Source of the DNA: a virus | Taxonomy: Duplodnaviria; Caudoviricetes | Virus record (IMG/VR): IMGVR_UViG_3300021379_001283 | Location: 1 to 43,233 of that record | Strand: one strand, 5' to 3' | Length of the DNA stretch: 43,233 bases | Part shown: in pieces, positions 26,011-34,188 of the stretch | How the letters are laid out: each line of letters starts with the position of its first letter | Numbering within the stretch: the stretch's first letter is position 1 | Position numbers and translations under genes: made by a program | Notes under the pieces: generated by a model | What the model was told of the DNA's origin: nothing | Databases searched by the model: none | Seen by the model: only the letters and a program-made list of their open reading frames with translations

Positions 26011-27042
26011 ATGAAAAAAGTAATCATCACAGGAGTAACAGGTCAAGACGGCAGTCACATGGCTGACTATCTACTCGCCAATACGGAACACACAATCGTT
26101 GCTGGTGTTCGTAGGCTTAGTGTTAAAAACCACGAAAACATCAAACACTTGGCAGACAATCCCCGCTTTAAACTCATCGATCTTGATATCACTGATCAGT
26201 CGAATGTTAATCGTGTTATCTCTGAAGAAAAACCAGATTACTTGATTAACTTTGCGGCGAATTCTTTTGTCGGGGTCAGCTGGGACATGCCAGAAAACCA
26301 CATGAACACAAACTGCATGGCAGTATTATATCAACTTGAGGCGATTCGCAAGCACTGCCCAGAGTGCAGATACTACAATGCTGGCTCCTCAGAGGAGTTT
26401 GGAGACGTTGTAACTGTTCCACAGGACGAGACTCATCCACTACGCCCACGAAGCCCATATGGAGCTTCTAAGGCAGCTGCAAGGCACTTGGTAAAGGTAT
26501 GGCGTGAAAGTTATGATTTATACGCCATTCAGGGTTGGTTGTTTAATCATGAAGGCATAAGGAGAGGTGAGGAATTCCTTACTCGCAAAGTCACAAAAGC
26601 TGTAGCTAGAATTGTTAAGGAAATCAGAGACGATAAAAAAGTCAAACCTCTGGAAATTGGTAACCTTGATGCTAAAAGAGATTGGTCTGATGCTGAAGAT
26701 TTTGTTGCGGGTATTTGGCTAATGCTTAATCAAGAAAAACCAAAAGAATATGTATTAGCTTCAGGAGAAACATATACCATTCGTGAGTTTGTAGAGTCTG
26801 CATTTGGCTTCGCTGGATTTAATCCAGATGAATGCTATTGGGAAGGTGAGGGATCACACTCTAAATATTTTCACCGCGACCAAATGCTCGTTAAAATAAA
26901 TCCAAAATATTACAGACCAGCAGAGGTTAATTTATTGCTTGGTGACCCAAGTCTTGCGGAAGAAGAAATGGGCTGGGTGAGAAAAACAGACTTTTACGGT
27001 TTGGTAAAAAAGATGGTTGACAATGATATAAGTCTGCTTTAA
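26011..27042 (+). CDS. gmd: GDP-mannose 4,6-dehydratase
   Basis: ITGVTGQDGSH, SSEEFG, PRSPYGASK, FNHE, LDAKRDW, YYRPAEV. Confidence 0.93.
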   Translation: MKKVIITGVTGQDGSHMADYLLANTEHTIVAGVRRLSVKNHENIKHLADNPRFKLIDLDITDQSNVNRVISEEKPDYLINFAANSFVGVSWDMPENHMNTNCMAVLYQLEAIRKHCPECRYYNAGSSEEFGDVVTVPQDETHPLRPRSPYGASKAAARHLVKVWRESYDLYAIQGWLFNHEGIRRGEEFLTRKVTKAVARIVKEIRDDKKVKPLEIGNLDAKRDWSDAEDFVAGIWLMLNQEKPKEYVLASGETYTIREFVESAFGFAGFNPDECYWEGEGSHSKYFHRDQMLVKINPKYYRPAEVNLLLGDPSLAEEEMGWVRKTDFYGLVKKMVDNDISLL

Positions 27043-27045
27043 TAT
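27017..27045 (+). promoter_or_regulatory. Sigma70-type promoter of the replication operon
   Basis: TTGACA-N17-TAATAT, ending 6 nt before the ATG at 27052. Confidence 0.65.
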
Positions 27046-27051
27046 AACCTC

Positions 27052-27519
27052 ATGCCTAGAGGTAAAAAACGATGCCCAGAGTGTAATATTTTTGTGGGCG
27101 TAAGAACATTAGCTTGTGATTGTGGTTTCAACTTTGGTGAACCCACCAAAAAGAAAAAGCAGAGAAGCAAAGTCCCAGCGAAGCCTAAAATAAATAAAAG
27201 AAAAATCATTCTTCGGCTGCTTAACGAACCTAAAACAAGCAAGCGTATGTTTTACGCCAGAGAGATGAAGTTGCTCAACGATTTGTGTAACCGATACTCT
27301 CTCGAATTTATGAATGTAGTTACTTTTTGGAAGAAACTAGATTCACTCACCTATCTTCTTAGTCCCAAACTAAGAGATACTATGGATAAAAAGTGGAGAG
27401 CTTTTAATTACAAACTTGACAAGAGCAAGTATGACGAGTATAATATAGGTGAAAAGGTTGGAGAAGACAGAAACCTAAAGAAACAAACCAAAACAACAAA
27501 AGACTTTTTAAATGAGTGA
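27052..27519 (+). CDS. Hypothetical basic protein with N-terminal zinc ribbon
   Basis: CPEC...CDC; Lys-rich. Confidence 0.6.
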   Translation: MPRGKKRCPECNIFVGVRTLACDCGFNFGEPTKKKKQRSKVPAKPKINKRKIILRLLNEPKTSKRMFYAREMKLLNDLCNRYSLEFMNVVTFWKKLDSLTYLLSPKLRDTMDKKWRAFNYKLDKSKYDEYNIGEKVGEDRNLKKQTKTTKDFLNE

Positions 27520-28621
27520 TTCAACAAACCTACTAAAAAACTTCCTAAAAACAAACAAGGAAGATCATTACAATTTCGAAGAGGAAATTGATTATAAAGT
27601 ATCAAGCGGCTCGTTGCAGTTTGATTTACAACTCGGTGGAGGATTCGGTCCAGGGCTGCATCGCTTTTGCGGCATGAACGAAGGGGGGAAAACTTCTGAA
27701 GCTCTTGAGGTTATGAAGAACTTCTTAGTCTCAGTGCCAAATTCAAAAGGCGTTTACTTTAAAGCAGAAGGTCGCCTTTCTCCAGAGATGAGAGAGAGGC
27801 CTGGCATTAAATTTGTATTCTCAGCGGACGAGTGGGTTGAAGGGACCTGCTTTGTGTTTGAGTCAAACGTTTATGAGGTTGTAGTAGATCTCATGAGACA
27901 GTTAGTTGCTAACAATGAAGATAAAGTTAAGTATTGCTTTGTATTAGATTCTGTAGATGGACTTATACTTAAGAACGACCAAGATAAAGGTTTTGAAGAT
28001 TCAGCTAAAGTAGCTGGTGGTGCTGTGGTTGCAGCTACGTTTATGAAGAAAATGTCTATAGCTTTAGCGAAGCGTGGTCACATGGCGATTTTTGTATCTC
28101 AAGTAAGGGCGGACATTAAACTCGATCCCTATACAAAAGCCCCAATCAGACAAACGAGTGCTACTGGAGGAAATGCTTTGTTGCATTTCGCTAACTGGAT
28201 TATTGAGTTTGAACCTCGTTTCAGTAAAGATATTATTTTGCAGAATCCATCAATCAAAAAAATGGATATGCACAAGAATCCGCCCATTGGTCATTTTGCA
28301 AACGTTACGGTTAAGAAGTCTCCTAATGAGAAGACTAATACCCGAATTACTTATCCAATAAGATACGGCAGAAAAAACGGCACATCCATTTGGATAGAGA
28401 AAGAGATTGTTGACTTACTTTATGCTTGGGAATTCATTACCAAGAAGGGTTCGTGGATTCAAGTTACAGATGAATTTAAAGAAATCATCATTGAAAATGG
28501 TCTAGAGTTTCCAGACAAAATGCAGGGAGACAATAACGTTTTCAAAGCTATCGAAGAGAATGACAAAACAGCATCATTCTTGGTCAGTTATTTTAAAAAC
28601 GCAATCAGCGAACTTGCATGA
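27512..28621 (+). CDS. recA: RecA/UvsX-like recombinase
   Basis: SSGSLQFDLQLGGG, GMNEGGKT (Walker A), VLDSV (Walker B), SQVR, TGGNALLHFA. Confidence 0.88.
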   Translation: MSDSTNLLKNFLKTNKEDHYNFEEEIDYKVSSGSLQFDLQLGGGFGPGLHRFCGMNEGGKTSEALEVMKNFLVSVPNSKGVYFKAEGRLSPEMRERPGIKFVFSADEWVEGTCFVFESNVYEVVVDLMRQLVANNEDKVKYCFVLDSVDGLILKNDQDKGFEDSAKVAGGAVVAATFMKKMSIALAKRGHMAIFVSQVRADIKLDPYTKAPIRQTSATGGNALLHFANWIIEFEPRFSKDIILQNPSIKKMDMHKNPPIGHFANVTVKKSPNEKTNTRITYPIRYGRKNGTSIWIEKEIVDLLYAWEFITKKGSWIQVTDEFKEIIIENGLEFPDKMQGDNNVFKAIEENDKTASFLVSYFKNAISELA

Positions 28622-29025
28622 AATTTTTAGACCCATTAGGTAGACCAAGAAACCTAAAGAGTGCTAAAAAATATTTGATTGATTGGGATGCCAAAAGCAG
28701 AAGTAAATTCCAGAACAGGGTAAAAGATTTCTTAAAGCCTTTTTGGAAAAACGATATTGTTTTTGAAGAGTTCAGAATAGTCGGGACAAAGCTTTCTTTA
28801 GATTTTTACAACGCAAACAAAAGAGTTGCTGTCGAAGTCCAAGGGGATCAACACGTTCGCTATGTAAAACACTTTCACAAGAACAGGTTAAAATACCTAG
28901 ACCAGTTAAAAAGAGATCAGAAGAAACTTGACTTCTGTGAAATCAATGATATAAAGTTGGTAGAGGTTTATACTACAGATGAGATAAACGCATCTTTGTT
29001 TAGTGACCAAGATATATTTTTATGA
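28618..29025 (+). CDS. PD-(D/E)xK / DUF559 / Vsr-like endonuclease
   Basis: LDFY...AVEVQGDQH...RDQKK...NDIKLVEV. Confidence 0.75.
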   Translation: MKFLDPLGRPRNLKSAKKYLIDWDAKSRSKFQNRVKDFLKPFWKNDIVFEEFRIVGTKLSLDFYNANKRVAVEVQGDQHVRYVKHFHKNRLKYLDQLKRDQKKLDFCEINDIKLVEVYTTDEINASLFSDQDIFL

Positions 29026-29255
29026 AAGAAGAAAACATAGAATTTTGCATACCCGATAACTTCATAGAAAAAATTTATGAGTTTAGTGGTGGTGCTGATA
29101 AATACAAAGGTATCATTCTCGCCGTCTGCACAGAAAACGGTTCTCCAACTATATACTCGAAATTCGACTCCTCTATAGTTGAGTTAGGCTTGAAGAAAGC
29201 TGTGTCAGATTATATCATTGGTGAGGTGGAAGAGGTTGACAATAAAAACAGATGA
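29022..29255 (+). CDS. Hypothetical protein
   Basis: 77 aa ORF with ATGA overlaps on both sides. Confidence 0.65.
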   Translation: MKEENIEFCIPDNFIEKIYEFSGGADKYKGIILAVCTENGSPTIYSKFDSSIVELGLKKAVSDYIIGEVEEVDNKNR

Positions 29256-30766
29256 TTTATAACTTAGAACTCGAAAAACAATTACTGGCTGCTTTAATTA
29301 AAGAGCCAGAGCTTTTCTGTGATATTGCTAATTTCATAGACCACGATGATTTTTATTCTGAAGAATCAAATCTTCACAAGACTATCTTTACGATCATTAA
29401 ACAAGCTATCGAGAATAGCGAAGAGATTGATGAGGTTATAATCGGACAAAGAATAGCTAGTATAGGTTTGTCTTTTGAAGATAGGCTTAACCCTTCTGAT
29501 TACATCAAGTCTCTTGCTTTAAGGAAGGTGCCTAAAGGTAACCTTATTAAGACAGCTAAAGAGTTAAAGAAAGTTTCTGTAAGGAGAGGTATTTATAAAG
29601 CCGCTCAAGAGATGGCGAAGCAGATGAAATCTGTTTCTCCAGAGACTACCTATCATGAGATCATTGAGAAAGCCGACAATGTTTATAACTCAAGAATAAA
29701 CCTGTATGAAACTGGCGATGATGAACCCGTCAATATTTATGACGAGATGGAGTTCATTATTGAAGATAGGGGCAACAATCCTATTGATGAGTTTGGCATG
29801 ATGGGTCCACACAAAAAGGTTAATGAGATGTATGGGTCCCTCTTAAGACCAGGAAACATTACGGTTGTTGTCGCTCGTTCTGGTGTTGGAAAGACTCAGT
29901 TCTGTATGCACTACGCAACTCAAGTAGCGTCTCAATACGATGTCCCTGTTTTACATTTTGATAATGGAGAGATGAGTAAAGAAGAACTCATTATGAGACA
30001 GTGTGCGGCAATCTCTGGAGTACCATCTCATCTTTTAGAAAGCGGCAAATGGAGAAAGGCTGGAGAAGATGTGGTCAGAAAAGTAAGAGAGACATGGGAT
30101 AAAGTTAAGAATCTAAAGTTTTATTATTATAATGTTGGCGGTATGGATGTTGATTCTATGGTTAACACCCTCAAGAGATTTTACTACTCTAAAGTTGGCA
30201 GGGGTAACAAGATGATATTTTCTTTTGATTATATTAAGACTACTAGCGAAGGATCTGCTAACAAAAATGAGTGGCAGCTTGTTGGAGAAATGGTGGACAA
30301 ATTCAAGAAATGTGTTCAAAAAGAAATACTTCACGATGGGGAACCTATTATACCGATGATTACTTCTGTTCAGTCAAACAGGTATGGAATAACCAATAAC
30401 CGCAACGCACAAAACATTGTCGATGACGAGAGTATTGTTTCCCTATCTGATAGAATCATTCAATTTTGTTCTCACATGTTTATTCTTCGGAATAAGACTG
30501 CTGACGAAATAGAGTCTGAAGGAGGAAGGTTTGGTACTCATAAATTAATAAACATCAAATCAAGACACCTCGGCAAAGATGTTGCTGGAGCGCTTGAGCC
30601 TGTTCAAGTAGGAGATTCGCTTAGAAAGAATTCTGTCAACCTTGAGTTCAAGAATTTTAATATTACTGAAAGAGGTGACCTTCGTGATATAGCTCGCTCA
30701 TTAGAAGGCGGGGGAGATATAGATGAGTCACAAGTAGACTCACTTCCAGATTTCGAAAATGTCTGA
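29252..30766 (+). CDS. dnaB: Replicative DNA helicase
   Basis: ELEKQLLAALI N-domain, ARSGVGKT, GEMS, FDYI, QSNR. Confidence 0.92.
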   Translation: MIYNLELEKQLLAALIKEPELFCDIANFIDHDDFYSEESNLHKTIFTIIKQAIENSEEIDEVIIGQRIASIGLSFEDRLNPSDYIKSLALRKVPKGNLIKTAKELKKVSVRRGIYKAAQEMAKQMKSVSPETTYHEIIEKADNVYNSRINLYETGDDEPVNIYDEMEFIIEDRGNNPIDEFGMMGPHKKVNEMYGSLLRPGNITVVVARSGVGKTQFCMHYATQVASQYDVPVLHFDNGEMSKEELIMRQCAAISGVPSHLLESGKWRKAGEDVVRKVRETWDKVKNLKFYYYNVGGMDVDSMVNTLKRFYYSKVGRGNKMIFSFDYIKTTSEGSANKNEWQLVGEMVDKFKKCVQKEILHDGEPIIPMITSVQSNRYGITNNRNAQNIVDDESIVSLSDRIIQFCSHMFILRNKTADEIESEGGRFGTHKLINIKSRHLGKDVAGALEPVQVGDSLRKNSVNLEFKNFNITERGDLRDIARSLEGGGDIDESQVDSLPDFENV

Positions 30767-31796
30767 TATGTATAAACGAATATTAGAAGAACTTGGTTAT
30801 AAACTGGTTGACTGTGGGAACCATTGGAGAACTAGTGCGCTTTACAGAGATGGAGATAATTCAACAGCTGTTCAGATTTATAAAAACAGCGGGGTATGGA
30901 ACGACTATGTTACTGAAAGCGGACACAAGCCACTTAAAAACCTAATAGAACTTACTCTTAAGGGGCAACCAGAAAGACTTAAAGAAATTCTTAAGAGTTT
31001 AAATTCAGAGCCCGATAACCTTAAAGAATATAAACCCAAAACATTAATTGAGATGGACAAAGTTTACGATGAATCTATTTTGGATAAGTTATTTCCAAAC
31101 TACAATTTTTATAATAACAAAAATATATCAGAGGACACCCAAAAGTTTTTTAAGCTAGGCTTGGCTGGTTCTGGTAACATGTATAGGAGAATGGTTTTCC
31201 CTATTTATAACGAACACTCTCAAATCGTTGGTTTCTCTGGCAGAAGGGTTGATGATGGAAATTCTGCCAAATGGAAGCACATAGGCAAGAAAAACAATTG
31301 GATTTACCCAGCTTATATACCAAACGAAGACACTGTTGATTCCATTATTGACGAGAAGAAGGAGGTTTATCTTGTTGAGAGTATAGGGGATGCTATGGCT
31401 CTTTACAACCAAGGGATTAAGAACGTGCTGGTTATATTTGGTTTGTCAGTTAGCGCCTCTATAATTGCATATCTTTCTGGCAAAAGTCTTGATAGAATCA
31501 TCATCGCTGGCAACAACGATTTTAATTCGGAAGTAAACAGGGGTTTGATGGCTTCCATAAAAAATTATCTAAAACTATCTAGTTACTTCGATCTTGATAT
31601 CTTGTCAATCAAAGTGCCACCAAAAGGTTTTAATGATCTTGGTGAGGCTCATGAAGCTGAATCAGATTTAGTTTCTTGGTCAAAAACAGAAACAGATGTT
31701 ACAAAACAAAGACAGTTTATATCAGACTTTGTTTCAAAGCATGATCAAAAATTCTCCAAGAGCCATATTAAAAAATCCAAAAAATTAAATGAGTGA
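30759..31796 (+). CDS. dnaG: DNA primase (DnaG-like, TOPRIM)
   Basis: RMVFPI...VGFSGR, LVESIGDAMAL, AGNND, NDLGE. The N-terminal zinc-binding domain lacks the usual Cys/His ligands. Confidence 0.85.
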   Translation: MSDMYKRILEELGYKLVDCGNHWRTSALYRDGDNSTAVQIYKNSGVWNDYVTESGHKPLKNLIELTLKGQPERLKEILKSLNSEPDNLKEYKPKTLIEMDKVYDESILDKLFPNYNFYNNKNISEDTQKFFKLGLAGSGNMYRRMVFPIYNEHSQIVGFSGRRVDDGNSAKWKHIGKKNNWIYPAYIPNEDTVDSIIDEKKEVYLVESIGDAMALYNQGIKNVLVIFGLSVSASIIAYLSGKSLDRIIIAGNNDFNSEVNRGLMASIKNYLKLSSYFDLDILSIKVPPKGFNDLGEAHEAESDLVSWSKTETDVTKQRQFISDFVSKHDQKFSKSHIKKSKKLNE

Positions 31797-32814
31797 ACCA
31801 AAAACAACATTATCCGCTAGTAGAATCAAGACAGCTGAGAGTTGTTCTTGGCTTTACTGGTGCAAGTATAAACTAAAACTTCCAGATAAAAGTAATGATG
31901 GAGCCAGAAGAGGTTCTATTTGTCACTTGATTTTTGAGGTTTTGGGTAATCCAAGGCACCGAAAACATTTTGAGCAAATTAAAAAAACGCTTGATGTTTT
32001 TAGTTCTGAGCCGATTAAACGTTTAATGATGAAACATGCTGTAAGAGAAGGCGTAGACGACAATGAAAACGTTTTATTAATGAAAGAGATGACACTAAAC
32101 GGTTTGATGTATGACTTCTTTGGTGATACGCATGATAAACCAACAGAAGAACACTCTGAGAAGGATTTTCATATTGTAGTTAATGATGGAACTGTAAAGT
32201 ATAAGATTCGCGGATTCATTGATAAGCTGTTTCTTTATGAAGATAAGAAGTATGCGCTGATTAGGGACTTTAAAACGAGCAAAGCGACATTCAAAGGTAA
32301 AGAGCTTGAAGACAACATGCAAGATTTGATGTATAGTTTGGCTGTAAAACATTTGTTTCCAGAATACGATACAAAACAAAGTGAGTTTCTGTTTTTAAAA
32401 TTCGATTTAATTCCAGATGTTAAAGACACTGGGGTTATAAAAATGACACCACTAGATGAGGATGATCTTCATGGTTTTGAGCATCATCTCACAGAGATAC
32501 AAGAATATCTAGACAACTTTAACGAAGACTCTGCCACGAAAAACATGGCAGCTTATAAAGGTTTTCCAGAAGACGGTTCTTTTAGCTGCAAACTTTTGTG
32601 TGGTTTTGCCAAAGAGAAGGGTCAACTTAAGAAAGACGGAACTCCAATGTGGCACTGTGGTATGAAGTTTGATTTCTTTTATCATGAGATAAAGGATAAA
32701 GATGGTAATTTTGTATCTAGTTGTTTTGAGGAAGACTTTGATGAATCAATGGTTCCAGAAGGTGGCTCTCACGAAATGAAATATTATCCAGGTTGCCCCG
32801 CTCATTGTTCTTGA
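31789..32814 (+). CDS. RecB/AddB/Cas4-like PD-(D/E)xK exonuclease
   Basis: LSASRI..C, GSICH, RGFIDKL...IRDFKT, QDLMY and a C-terminal Cys cluster. Confidence 0.85.
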   Translation: MSEPKTTLSASRIKTAESCSWLYWCKYKLKLPDKSNDGARRGSICHLIFEVLGNPRHRKHFEQIKKTLDVFSSEPIKRLMMKHAVREGVDDNENVLLMKEMTLNGLMYDFFGDTHDKPTEEHSEKDFHIVVNDGTVKYKIRGFIDKLFLYEDKKYALIRDFKTSKATFKGKELEDNMQDLMYSLAVKHLFPEYDTKQSEFLFLKFDLIPDVKDTGVIKMTPLDEDDLHGFEHHLTEIQEYLDNFNEDSATKNMAAYKGFPEDGSFSCKLLCGFAKEKGQLKKDGTPMWHCGMKFDFFYHEIKDKDGNFVSSCFEEDFDESMVPEGGSHEMKYYPGCPAHCS

Positions 32815-32839
32815 CTTATTATTATTGCTGTGGTATCAT
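32811..32839 (+). promoter_or_regulatory. Sigma70-type promoter of the polymerase genes
   Basis: TTGACT-N17-TATCAT with extended TG, ending 9 nt before the ATG at 32849. Confidence 0.7.
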
Positions 32840-32848
32840 ACAAACATA

Positions 32849-33559
32849 ATGAAGCCAATTTTCAAATCAACCTACTCGATAGGTAAGAGCATTCTTACCC
32901 TAGAAGAAATAGTTGACATATCTAAAGAAAACAATCTAAAAGAAGTCATACTGGTCGAAGATAACCTGACCAGTTTCATGAAAGCTTTTCATCTTTGTCA
33001 GAAGAACAATATAGATTTGATTTATGGTTTAAGAATTACCATGAGCAATGAGAATCTTGACGACAATTCTGATCATAAGGTGGTTATATTCGCGTTGGAT
33101 GATCGGGGCTGTGTTCTTTTGAACAAGATATATTCCCTTGCTTTTGTTGAGAATGGTGGCAAGCTTAGATATAAAGATTTAAAAAAACTATGGGATGACA
33201 AGTCTCTATCTTTTGTGGTTCCGTTTTATGATAGCTTTATTCACCAAAACAATCTGTTTCTTAAAAATTGCATACCAGAACTTGAAGGATTTGATCCTAA
33301 GTTTTGGATTGAAAACAATAATCTACCTTATGATAAACTTATAGAGAAAAAAGTTCTTGAGTTTGCAGATACTGTTTATGATATTAGATTTGTTAAAAGT
33401 ATTTACTACAAGAATAAAGAAGATGTAGAAGCTTTGCAGACATATAAAATTCTAACAAACAGAAGCTTTGGCAGACAAGCTACACTCTCAAACCCCAATT
33501 TAAACCACTTCTCTAGCGATGAGTTTTGCTGGGAATCATACTTAGAAAAAACAGCATGA
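32849..33559 (+). CDS. Stand-alone PHP domain of DNA polymerase III alpha (probably catalytically inactive)
   Basis: STYSIGKS, IYGLRI, HKVVIFA...G...LNKIYS.A and IYY...D..A follow the DnaE N-terminal pattern without the metal ligands. The start is moved to the ATG at 32849. Confidence 0.8.
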   Translation: MKPIFKSTYSIGKSILTLEEIVDISKENNLKEVILVEDNLTSFMKAFHLCQKNNIDLIYGLRITMSNENLDDNSDHKVVIFALDDRGCVLLNKIYSLAFVENGGKLRYKDLKKLWDDKSLSFVVPFYDSFIHQNNLFLKNCIPELEGFDPKFWIENNNLPYDKLIEKKVLEFADTVYDIRFVKSIYYKNKEDVEALQTYKILTNRSFGRQATLSNPNLNHFSSDEFCWESYLEKTA

Positions 33560-34188
33560 ATACAGAACTATTAAGATTCAATAGAAAGCAAAAGTATATA
33601 ATCTTCGACACTGAGACCGAAGGTTTAAACTTAATTAAATCAAAACCTTGGCAAGCCGCTTGGATTGTCGCCGAAGGCAACAAGATCACCAAGAAATATG
33701 ATAAGCTAATCAAGTGGGACGATCTGAAAGTATCTAAAGATGCTGCTAGGATTACTGGTTTTAGTAAAAGTCATTATGAGAAAAATGCAGAAGACCCCAA
33801 AAAAGTTTGGGATGAGTTTTCCAAGTATCTCTACGACGACAACTACCTTATTGTTGGGCAAAATCTTTTGGGATTTGATGTTTACATGATAGATGTTTGG
33901 AGAAAACTTATAGGAGAACCATTGAGACAAGACTATATTAGTAGGATTATTGACACGAAAGCCATAGCAACAGCTATCGCTAAAGAATCTCCTGTATGCA
34001 AAGAAGACCTTATCTACTGGCAATATAGATGGCTCAATTACAGAGAGCGTGGTCTGAAAACATCTCAGCTAACTTTATTAAAAAAATACGATATAGACTT
34101 TGATGCAAAACGCCTACATGATGCTCTTTATGATATTGAAATGAACTTTGAGATATTTCACAAACAACTTTACGATATTGAATTATGA
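33556..34188 (+). CDS. dnaQ: DEDDh 3'-5' exonuclease (DnaQ/epsilon-like)
   Basis: FDTETEGL, GQNLLGFD, LHDALYD. The ATG at 33556 overlaps the PHP stop codon. Confidence 0.88.
   Translation: MNTELLRFNRKQKYIIFDTETEGLNLIKSKPWQAAWIVAEGNKITKKYDKLIKWDDLKVSKDAARITGFSKSHYEKNAEDPKKVWDEFSKYLYDDNYLIVGQNLLGFDVYMIDVWRKLIGEPLRQDYISRIIDTKAIATAIAKESPVCKEDLIYWQYRWLNYRERGLKTSQLTLLKKYDIDFDAKRLHDALYDIEMNFEIFHKQLYDIEL

Noticed and set aside
31789-32814. Cas4-like nuclease as evidence of a CRISPR-Cas system
   Set aside because: No cas1/cas2 or array is present; solo RecB/Cas4-like nucleases are common in phage replication modules.
21-33556. ORF-track starts at 21, 19577, 32825 and 33526
   Set aside because: The first frame is open to the window edge; the others have better ATG starts at 19610, 32849 and 33556 supported by promoters or stop-start overlaps.
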